The notes under the pieces: model-generated
Databases searched by the model: none
What the model was told of the DNA's origin: nothing
What the model saw: only the letters and a program-made list of their open reading frames with translations
Made by a program: the position numbers and the translations under genes
Assembly: GCF_964188315.1 (NCBI RefSeq)
Contig: NC_135656.1
Span: forward strand, 58,156,001 to 58,220,000
Direction: 5' to 3'
DNA from: Podarcis muralis
Taxonomy: Eukaryota
DNA: 64,000 nt
Shown here: positions 15,600 through 26,714 of the stretch, one piece after another
Layout: each line of letters begins with the position of its first letter
Position numbering within the stretch: position 1 is the stretch's first letter

Positions 15600-16972
15600 C
15601 ATCCATCAAGGCGATTGAGATCTTGGCCTTTGATTTATCCCTCTTGCCCGTTTCATTACAGGGGAAAAAAGGGGGGGTCTGCCTTCTCCAACGGGCCTCT
15701 GATACAGTTTCAAATCATAACACACATTAGGCTTAATTGGTCTTAGCACATTTTTCCACTTAGAAGAAGTGAGAGGTACTTTGTGTCTTGGCGTGGACTA
15801 GCGCGGGCCCTGCTCGCTGAACCGCTTTGGGATTTATGAGCCACAGTTTAGGGGGACAACGACCACTGGGAAAGGTCCCCCCCTCCTCTTTCCCACAGCT
15901 CCCTCTCCCCGCATCAAGACACACCGGCCTTTCAGCCTAGGCCCGGCCGCTTTCAAACTGCCTTTGGAAAAGAAAAAGGGGAAAGGAGGTTTCTTTCTTT
16001 ATTCCGTGACTTGGATTTAAGGCGCCTCCTTTGCGCTGGAGCTGCTAAAACCGAAGCTCCTTATGATTTCAAGACCTCGTCAGAGCGCCCAGAATCATCG
16101 ATTTCCGTGGGGAAATCTAGAGGCAATAATGACCATTCCCAGCCCTGTTTTTTTTTTTTTTTACTGCTTTTGTTACACAAATTAGGTTTGTTTTAAGTTT
16201 TCCTGCTACTCTTGATCCATTTTCCTTTGTCTACGGAGCTTATGCAGTGTATATGCGTTCTCGGTATATCTATATTGTGTAGATGGCTGCGCGTGTGTCT
16301 TACAGATCCGTATGTCGAAAGTTACAACTGTCTATGCAAAGGAAAACGCACGGGGGTGGGGCAGGTTGTTCGAGAGTTATAAAAAGATACTTAAATTTAA
16401 ATGAAGCCAATATATGTTTTGCCCTGGAAAACGAGGCTGCGATCCTGTGCACGCAGAAAGAAGTGTGGCACAATGAGACTTGATCGCAAGTAGATATGTA
16501 TGAAATTGGGCTGCAGGTCCCAAAGGTTTCCGTAGATCTCCCTTCCAAGGGTGCACGCAGTATCCCGGCCATAACCTCTTCCTGTGCTCTTTTAAGCTTC
16601 CAACCCTCCCCATTCACTTCCAGGTTACAATCTGTCATCGAGGCCTCTAATCGTGGTTTAAGTTTCACGGCATCTTAACCACAGAGCTCTGGAAATTAAA
16701 TGGCAAGGCAAGGAATAGGGCCGTATGTACCGACTTGAGGGACACGGCCTGGGTTTCTATGACTCTGTTTTGTGTTGAAATAAAAGATAACCTTTTCAGC
16801 GGAGGGGCCTTATTATATGCGGGACATCCGCCAAAATTGAAACAGGCAGACAGTTTGGAGGGGGAAGAAGAAGAAACCCGAAAGTCTCCTTAAAATAACT
16901 TTAAGCATTAACTTTAAGGCTGCGATTATACTACGCACGTTTACCTGCGAGTATAATCAGTATAAGCATCTA

Positions 16973-16974
16973 CA

Positions 16975-17034
<60 letters not shown>
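16973..17034. repeat. Compound (CA)n(GA)n microsatellite in intron 1
   Basis: Direct reading. Confidence 0.95.
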
Positions 17035-17036
<2 letters not shown>

Positions 17037-17623
17037 CACACACCCGTCCCCTTATTTTGGCATCTTCTAAAAATGATTTTCCCCTTTACGAATATATATT
17101 GTAACATAATCCAAGTTTTACGTGGTGGGCAGCCTATGGAACAATATAGATTCTGAATGTCTGGATTTCTCAGTCTTTCTCTCGTGTACTCCCACCCTTC
17201 ACCCCCTCCTGATTTTTGATGGGCGCTCCCCCATTTTGACAGAGAGAGATATTTTTACATGTTGTTCGGTTTCCAGGATGGAAAAGAAACCCATCAGAGC
17301 TGACATGCTTTCAGAAACATTCTACAAAAACCGCAATCGGAATGGCAGCTCTCAAATAAATTTATAGCGCATAAATTTATGTGCGTGTGCAACGCCAATA
17401 TTTCGCTTGGATGTGGAGAGCAATATACGACTATATGTTAGAAAGTTTTAATCCCTCCGCGCCTCTTTCCCTCTCGGTGATTAACATAGTTCTGCATTCA
17501 CCTATTTGGTTAAAAGACAAAAGTCCTCCGGTGTATCTTCCCTTGGTAAGGAAAGCAGGCATTTGCCCTCTTTTCTTACGTGACGCAAACAACCCCAAGA
17601 GGGACGCCACTCGCAGGACGTCA

Positions 17624-18620
<997 letters not shown>

Positions 18621-19570
18621 GGGCTGGGAAAAGGTAGATCGCCCCCACCCCACCCCCGCCAGTCTCAAGGAGGTTTTCCTCTAGGGAACGGCCATAGCTT
18701 TTAACCACATCCTATTGGAATCCACGAAGCCTCCCACGCCACTTCAGTGGCATCATACGGCGCCCACTCTTTGGTTGCCAGTGCGCATGCTCCACTTCAA
18801 AGTGGATTAGTTCCTTCCTAAGAACTCCTGTCCCAATTTACCTGTAAACGAGGCTGGTTGGAGACCGAGAGGCTGAGCCGCCAGTAAACCGGCCATAGGA
18901 TCGGCTTGTGCGGCTTTTGGGGGGGGGGGGCGGCGGCGGGGGTGGGATAGTCCAAATTGATCCTTAAGGCTTCCTTCCCCAAACTTGGGAGTGAGCCCCA
19001 CTGAAGACAAAAGGGTTTACTGCTGAGCAAACCGGCACAGGATTGCTGATAAAAAAGTGGGGGCATGGGATGAGCTCCCAACACCATTTCGATGCTCACG
19101 TGTGGATTTGCTCGGGATTATCATGTCTCACCTTCTCAATAGAACTTTCTGTGCCGATAGGATTGCTCAAGACTAAACGACTTTTAGGCACAGGACATAA
19201 GCCGCAAAAACCAGCCGGGGGTGTGTAGTTCTTTCGGATTAAATCGCGTTGTGCAAAACGGGCGTGCTATTGCTTAGGGCTCGTGTAAGAAGAGCACGAG
19301 AACGAATTCAGCCGAGTTGCTCTGGTTTCGGATAGGGTGGTGGCACGATGTTCTAACTTCTTCTAGGGGTTCGGAGGTCCCTCCGCGCCCATCCATAAAT
19401 TTAAGAGCGACAGAGAACATATTTCACCCCTGGATATAAATCCCCATCTAAAAAGTACAGTGATACTCACCAGATTTTAAAGAAAAAGCAAATTAAAGTA
19501 TTCATTAGGACCCCCACCCATTTTGCAGGATAAAGCACCCCAGCCAAACACTCTCTCTGGGACTGCTATA

Positions 19571-19793
19571 CAGTGGTACCTCTGGTTACGTACTTAATTC
19601 GTTCCGGAGGTCCGTTCTTAACCTGAAACTGTTCTTAACATGAAGCACCACCGCTAATGGGGTCTCCCGCTGCCATCGCGCTGCCGCTGCACGATTTCTG
19701 CTCTCACCCTGAAGCAAAGTTCTTAACCCGAGGTACTATTTCTGGGTTAGCGGAGTCTGTAACCTGAAGCGTGTGTAACCCGAGGTACCACTG
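19571..19793. mobile_element. Tc1/mariner-type (pogo/Tigger-like) MITE
   Basis: TIRs CAGTGGTACCTC...GAGGTACCACTG flanked by TA on both sides; no ORF. Confidence 0.9.
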
Positions 19794-21082
19794 TAATGAT
19801 GGCGTGGAAAGGTTGAACATAGGAAAGTTCGTTACATATTATCCTTAAATATATCTGTGAAAGAACTTGCCTAGCTGCCTGTAAACTGGCGACCGGGGAG
19901 CGGAGTCGGGAAATAATTTGTTTTCATGGGGCAAGAAAGGCAACGCCTTTCCCCCCTGGCCATTTTTGGAGCCTTTGGGCTGAAGGTGTAAGAATCCATG
20001 CCCCAGCCCCCCCCCTCCCAGCCCGCATTGCCGTGAGGCTGAATAAGAATATGCCCAATTGTTATCCTTGAAGGCCAGCCGGAGATTTCCTTAATGTGGG
20101 AAGTGGATTTATTTGGTTTAAAAGAAAGGCTTTTCTGGCGTGATCCTACCACCACCTGCCTGGGTAAGTTGCGGTGCCCCAGTGTTGCTGAACTGAGCGA
20201 TGGACTCATTTCTGAGACCCTTTGATCTCTTTAAAAAGTAGAGCCTTTGGGGAGTTTTCCCTCGCGAGGCGAAAACAGTACCGCTTGAGGATGTAGCCTT
20301 TGCATTCCGTGGGAATGTCTCCCGACCTTCCCGTGGCATTTGGATCGCAGCCCACGTGAAGTGAAATTCTCGTTCTTCAAGTCAGCCCATTAGGGATTGC
20401 CGCAACGTGCGAGGCTCTCATTCCATGCAACTTCGGGAAGACTACTTGGGAAACTGGTTGTGGATTACAGTTTGGAATAATAATCCCTTTTGCTCCTGTG
20501 GTTTAAAACTCGCCTCTCGGTTGTCTTAAAACTGGCCTCCTAATTTCGCCCCATTTTGCAGCCCAGTGCCACTTTTGGGGCAGGTTGGATGATGAAGGGA
20601 AGGTCGTAGCTGCCACGTGCGCGCGCGCGCGCGTATACATTTTGGTGACTCCCTAATGAGTTGTTTACAGATCTGTCGACCACCCTGAATTCACACACAC
20701 ATCTCAGCCCGAGAGGCCAACTTCTGAATCCGACTGCAAGCCCACCGAATATTTCAAATGGGGGAAGAGGCTCTTCCTATTCCTACTCCTTGAAATCTCT
20801 TCTCCAAACTGGGCTCAAGGGCAGAATATAAAGCCTGGCTCTCCCTTCTCCCACTCAATACTAAAAAAGAGACAACGCCACTTTCAGATCCTCTGGCAAC
20901 CAATGTTGAAATGTTTCTCTCCAGGAGGCCGGCTCGGTAGATCGGTTGTGGTTTGATGTCTACTAGGTATAATATCATTCGCACATGCACCATTACTAAA
21001 GGTATCAGCGGATAGCAATAAACCAGTCGATAACTCTCATAGAATCTACCTTACATTTATAAGTCCTTTAGTTGGCTATATA

Positions 21083-21304
21083 CAGTGGTACCTCGGGTTA
21101 AGAACTTAATTCGTTCCGGAGGTCCGTTCTTAACCTAAACTATTCTTAACCTGAAGTACCACTTTAGCTAATGGGGCCTAATGCTGCCGTTGCGCTGCTG
21201 CACGATTTTTGTTCTCATCCTGAAGCAAAGTTCTTAACCCGAGGTACTATTTCTGGGTTAGCGAAGTCTGTAACCTGAAGCGTCTGTAACCCGAGGTACC
21301 ACTA
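21083..21304. mobile_element. Tc1/mariner-type MITE, same family
   Basis: TA-CAGTGGTACCTCGGGTTA...TAACCCGAGGTACCACTA-TA; internally highly similar to the 19571 copy. Confidence 0.9.
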
Positions 21305-22995
21305 TATATAACTCTTAGTGTTGGTACATATTAAATTCCACCTTCACCTAGGAAGGGCTCTTGCACAAACCTGGGATTGAGGCATGTGGGCCTGGGGATA
21401 GATTCGGCGTCTACACACTGGAGAGGGCTCAGGATCAGAATTTCCCCCCATCCCCTATCACTCTGTCTTGTCTTTCACCCATGCTAAACAATAAATGCAG
21501 GCTGTAATGTTATTGAGCATTCTTCTTCTTTACAACTTGTCTGTTGCGGACAGAATATGCATTTATTTTGGATAGGAATGCCGAGTGTGGATGTTAAAGA
21601 AAGAAATCGCGTCGCAAAGAGATCAGCTCAGAAGCTGGACCTTTCCCTGTGTCCTGTTTAAGGAAGCCTCCTGCCCGCCCCCATTGTGGAGCATCCCAAA
21701 TCCCTCCTGTAACCCCGGAAAAAGGAACACCGGGAGTGCTTCAGTGATGCCAACTTCACCATTTGCAAGCCTAAGCGCAATTCCTTGGAAACTCTTCTAC
21801 TTGAAAGCAATCAGGAGGCCTTGTTCCAAATAGAGGTGGTTTGGGTCGAGAAGGCCACTCCTTGCAAGATCTTCTTGCTTGGCAGGGCTGATGAAACTGT
21901 GGTCCTCCAGATGCTGCTTGACTTACAATTCCCATCATGCCTGACCATTGGCTGCCTGGGATGCTGAGTTTCGCAACATCTGAAGGGTCGCAGGTTCCCT
22001 TCATCCCTGGTCTAAGCCGAGTGCCTATGCTGAAAGGATGGTCTCCCCAACAGACTGAAATCAGAGACAAACCTCTGTGTGTGTGTATGTGTGTGTTTTA
22101 AAGGTCTGTGTGGGTTACATAGAATCATGGACAAGATCTAAAGCAGGAGTGGCAACAGCACCCCATCACCCCATGCCATTGTCATGCCGGCTAGGGTTGT
22201 TGGGAACTATAGTTCAACAATACCCGAAGGTTCCCGGGTTCCCTTCCCCCTTGAGCTAAAGGGTGTCTTCGTTTCCCACCTCCCAGGTTCAAAACAGGTT
22301 CGATTCGGCCCAAAATACTTTCAGAGAGAAGAAGAAATCTGTGGTTAACCATCATGCTCCATATTCCGGGGGAAATGTCACTGGAGGGCGTTTTCCAAAA
22401 AGGGAATTCCTGTACTGGACTCTCTTCTTCTTTAATCGCACCCTCCCCAACTAATGTGCGAAAGGAAGACTGGAGAACTGTCTTGAACAGACTTTTCCCA
22501 GACAATCCCAGAGCACACAGCTCTAACGCTGACTCAGGGCCGCCGAACCACTCCCCGGTTAAAATGGCCCTTCAGCGTTTCACTCTCACTTCTCTTGAAA
22601 CCACCGACCCACCCACTTGCTCTGAAAGCGCCGGTTTCCTTAGAAGCTACTTGTAAGTAAGTGCGCCTAGGATTCCAGCCTTAATCCAACATCCCTGCGT
22701 TTTTCAGCTGCTTTAGGCTCGGATCCTAAACCCAAAGCTTAGAAATGCGCTTCAAATCACAGGGGCAAAAAACTTCCAGGGTGGCCGGGACAACGTTGCG
22801 TCGATCGCCCAGGGAAACTCCTGCGCTCTACAAATCCCCCAGAACAAACTCTGTGGCCTACACCAGGATCACTCCGGAATCAGGTGCCAAAGGCGGTTCG
22901 AGTGTCAAGCAGAGACTTGCCCGGGGGTTGTGTCACCAGAGGCTGCTGGCAAGCCGGATCCACCAAGCTGAAGTAGCGGGTGGGGATAAATCATC

Positions 22996-23127
22996 CATAG
23001 AAGCATAGAATTGTAGAGTTGGAAGGAACCCTGAGGATCATCAAGTCCAGCCCCCTGCAATGCAGGAATATGCAGCTGTCCCATATGGGGATCGAACTCG
23101 CAACCTTGGCGTTATCAGCACCATGCT
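22996..23127 (-). mobile_element. tRNA-headed SINE with CR1-like 3' tail
   Basis: Plus strand CATAGAAGCATAGAATTGTAGAGTTGGAAGG (CR1-type tail) followed by GGGATCGAACTC (reverse B-box). Confidence 0.65.
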
Positions 23128-23218
23128 GTAAGAACCTGACATCCGTTCCTGAGGCCAACAGGACCCAGCCGTTTAACTCCAGCTGCATCATGGGCTGTGA
23201 AGGAACTCAAAATTTGAG

Positions 23219-23461
23219 ACAAAAAAAAAATTCCTTCCAGTAGCACCTTAAACACCAACTAAGTTAGTTCTTGGTATGAGCTTTCGTGCATGCACACTTC
23301 TTCAGATACCCTTCCATAGTTCCAGTTACAGATAGGTAGCCGTGTTGGTCTGCCATAGTCAAAACAAGAACTAACTTAGTTGGTCTTTAAGGTGCTACTG
23401 GAAGGAATTTTTTTGTTTTGTTTTGACTATGGCAGACCAACACGGCTACCTATCTGTAACT
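23219..23461. mobile_element. Penelope-like element terminal (pLTR) fragment in an inverted arrangement
   Basis: GGTAGCCGTGTTGGTCTG and GTAGCACCTTAAA.ACCAAC motifs resemble reptile Penelope ends. Perfect 44-bp inverted repeat (23324-23367 / 23418-23461). Direct repeat AACTCAAAATTTGAG at 23204-23218 and 23458-23472. Confidence 0.75.
23273..23310 (-). ncRNA. Minimal type I hammerhead ribozyme motif (Penelope-associated)
   Basis: Minus strand GGUAU-CUGAAGA-A-GUG(UGCAUG)CAC-GAAAGCUC-AUACC. Stem I is 5 bp, the core is conserved, stem II is 3 bp, and helix III is the palindromic AGCU. Predicted cleavage after CUC, between 23278 and 23277. Confidence 0.8.
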
Positions 23462-23508
23462 CAAAATTTGAGCTCTCCCATGGCTCCGCTTGGAAACTAT
23501 TTTTCATG

Positions 23509-23657
23509 AACATAGGATGCTGCCGTTTACTGAGTCAGACCATGAGTCCAGCAGCATCTCGAGGGTTTCAGGGACAGGACATTTCCAGCCCCACCTGGGA
23601 TTGAACCCGGGACCTGTTGCAATGCGAAGCAGATGCTCTGCCCCTGAGCCGCGGCCC
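23509..23657 (-). mobile_element. tRNA-derived SINE (similar copies near 27345-27533, 31180-31340, 39090-39190 and 48820-48990)
   Basis: AACATAGGA tail, GGGATTGAACCCGGGACC reverse B-box and CTCTGCCCCTGAGC reverse A-box region. Confidence 0.65.
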
Positions 23658-24956
23658 TTCCCTAAGTGGTGCAATGGTGCGGGTGATCTGTTAAACAAAC
23701 GCACCGCCAGTGACCCGCATTCTCTGCCATCGTTATGACGGTTTCTGTTGACAAAGCGCCACGGAGCTCTGGGATGGAGCTCTCAGAAACACCCCACTGG
23801 GGTATTTATTCTTTTATTATCTGCGTCTCTTCCTCCCCCCGGGGTCCAGTCCCAAAACTACGACCTCTGGACTGTGTTTTAAAGAGACAAAATATTTGCC
23901 TGTGCTGATTTCAGACACAAGGAGCCCAGTTTGTTTTGTGGGGGTGTGTGTGTGTGGATTGGGAGTGGAGTTTTCCAAAAGAAAATAAAAGACAAGCGCT
24001 CCAGAAGTCAGTTTGCTTAACCGAAACTCCCAAAGTCCACGGCAATTTCGTCTCCTTGAGTTAATCCCCTCTTATCGCCCCTCCAGCAGCAACGCATGGG
24101 CGAGAAAGGTGTGAAACCAAGCCTGGAGATTTAGGCTACACAAATGCAACCTGCCCTTTCTTTCACGAAATCCAATTTTCCTCAGAAAGGATGCGCCCTA
24201 AATCAAGAACATCGATTTCCCCAAACAAACTAGGGCTCGAAACCTGCTTCCTCTCCCGATTCACGTCGGAAGCTAATAGAAAACACAGCTGGGTTTCTCC
24301 CATATGAGGCTTATCAATCGGCAGCAGCTAACAGACCAAGAGTGCTGTGGCACCTGGAAAACGAACTCGTTTCTTTGAGGGCATGCATTGAATTCGGCAC
24401 ACAATCCTGTGTCATAATTAGCGCGCTGTCTTGTCTCCTGTGTGAAGCCACAACGAGGTCCCTAACCACGTTCGGTGCGTTTTTGGATTCGCATGCATCC
24501 CCCCTACAAGTTAAAGGTCAACAGATGTATCCTCCAAGGCAGGCTCATTTCGTTTCGGAAATGAAACCCAGCATAAAAAAAGAACAATACGTTCTAATCC
24601 CCCCAGCCCTCATTTATTCCCTTTTTAATTTAAGTTTTATATTAGTTTTACAAAGGGATGATCGAGGCACTGCTTGGTTCCAAAGGATGCGGATCCCCTC
24701 GCTTTCTGATCTTCCATGGTTATGGCAAAGTGCCATTGAGACAACCACCCATGAGCTGGTTGGACCAGCAGGGAGACGGAAGTTACAGAAACACAGGAAG
24801 CTGCCGTCACACCACTGGTCTGCCTAAATCAGTATTGCCTGCACTGGACGGCTGCAGCTCTCCTGGATTTCAGGCTCTACATTGGGTTTCCGGTGGGAGT
24901 TTTACTTACTTCTTTAATATCCCGCCTTTCCTCCAAGGAACTCAATATGGCATACA

Positions 24957-25308
24957 TAAAGGTAAAGGGACTCCTGACCATTAGGTCCAGTCGTGACTGA
25001 CTCTGGGGTTGCGGTGCTCATCTTCCTTTATTGGCTGAGGGAGCCGGCCTACAGCTTCCGGGTCATGTGGCTAGCATGACTAAGCAGCTTCTGGCGAACC
25101 AGAGCAGCGCACGGAAACATTGTTTACCTTCCCACCGGAGTGGTACCTATTTATCTACTTGCACTTTGACGTGCTTTCGACCTGCTAAGTTGGCAGGAGC
25201 AGGGACCGAACAACAGGAGCTCACCCCATCGTGGGGATTCGAATCACCAATCTTCTGATCAGAAAGTCCTAGGCTCTGTGGTTGAACCCACAGCACCACC
25301 CAAGTCCC
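24957..25308 (-). mobile_element. Sauria SINE, full length
   Basis: Reverse complement of the 51917 copy, with tRNA-like head and TAAAGGTAAAGG tail. Confidence 0.92.
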
Positions 25309-25320
25309 ATACTTCTCCCC

Positions 25321-25473
25321 ATTTTGTCCTCACAACGACCCTGTGAGGTAGCTTAGGCTGAAAGCGAGTGACTGGCCCAAGGTCATCCAGCAAGCTTCAT
25401 GGCTGAGCGGGGATTTGAACCCTGGTCTCCCAGGTCCTAGTCCAGCACTCCAACTGCTACACTACACTGGCTC
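25321..25473 (-). mobile_element. tRNA/CORE-like SINE with L2-type tail (similar copies 27105-27310 +, 29250-29400 +, 55930-56090 -)
   Basis: ACAAC.ACCCTGTGAGGTAG, GGCCCAAGGTCA and GGATTTGAACCC motifs recur across the listed copies. Confidence 0.65.
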
Positions 25474-26523
25474 TTTTCTCTGTCGTACCTGGAGATGCCA
25501 GGGACTGAAGCTGGGACCTCTTGCCTGCAAGGCAGATTCTTGACGCCTCAGCCACAGTCTGTCCCCTGGTATTGGCAATCAAATTGTAAAGAGCATTCAC
25601 CTGAAATCTAAGGGGATAATTTTCCAGTGTCTGTGTTTATCACTGCACAATGCATCAATCAGTTAAAATCCATGTTTTCTCTTAATTTACTTGCCGGTAG
25701 AAATATGATTGAATCAATCACCCCCCCCTTTTTTCTTTTTTAGAAAAATGGCATGTTGTGGTGGGGAAATGACAAGTCTCCAATCGAAATCAGAGGGTCA
25801 CAACTCATTTGCTGCAAAATCAACATCGACAGACTTCACCGAAAATGCTCCAGGGAAAGCAACCTGAGACTTCGAAGTTTATTTTCTTGAGGAACGCCCT
25901 CTGCATTGTTTCACTGAAAGTTAACACAAAGGGACTGAATTGCCCTTATCTCTTCTTCAATGATCAGCTGAGTGGACTGGGAGGGAGGGAGGCTGCAGTC
26001 TGTGTTAGAAAGCCTGATATGGGAAGCTGCTGTGGCAAAGGGAGACAGGGCCTGTGACAGTCACAGAAGATGGCATTTGGGCAGGTGCAAAGGACAAGGA
26101 AGCTTTATCTCTCTCTCTTTTTTTTTTTTTTGCAAAAAGTAACTGTGATTCCTATGTTACCTTTCAACCATGTCACCAGAAAGCAATGAGAAAGATTTTG
26201 AGTTCAGTATAACTCTTATTTGGGCTGGAAGTTAAGCAAAAAAGGATAAATGAAACCGAGGAAAAGAGAAAATAAGTTGCAGGGTATTTTGCAAAAGGCC
26301 CAGTTCATAAATTGTGTTTTAAACACACAACTTGGGGCTCTCTAACCATGCTATGTTCCTCAACCCCCCTTTTTTGCTTGACATACAGCCTTACAAAGAG
26401 TTCTGTTGAATTTGAAAGTTTGTGACCTTTTAGGGTTAGGAGATCCAAATATAGGCACTGTGGAGGGGTCAGTGGTAGAGCACATATCCCTAGGTTTAGT
26501 TGCCAGCATTTCCAACCCAAGTA

Positions 26524-26714
26524 CAGTGGTATCTCTGGTTACATACTTAATTTGTTCCGGAGGTCCGTTCTTAACCTGAAACTGTTCTTGACCTCCCGCT
26601 GCCACCACTGCACGATTTCTGTTCTCATCCTGAAGCAAAGTTCTTAACCCGAGGTACTATTTCTGGGTTAGCGGAGTCTGTAATCTGAAGCGTCTGTAAC
26701 CCGAGGTACCACTG
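26524..26714. mobile_element. Tc1/mariner-type MITE, same family, internal deletion
   Basis: Same TIRs with TA TSD; 191 bp versus about 222 bp for the other copies. Confidence 0.9.

Noticed and set aside
15450-15656. ATG-GAT-G next to the N gap looked like the Pitx1 start (MD...) with exon 1 lost in the gap, preceded by a TGATG-overlapping uORF
   Set aside because: The real first coding exon is complete at 17797-17632, so this is intron 1 sequence and the match is chance.
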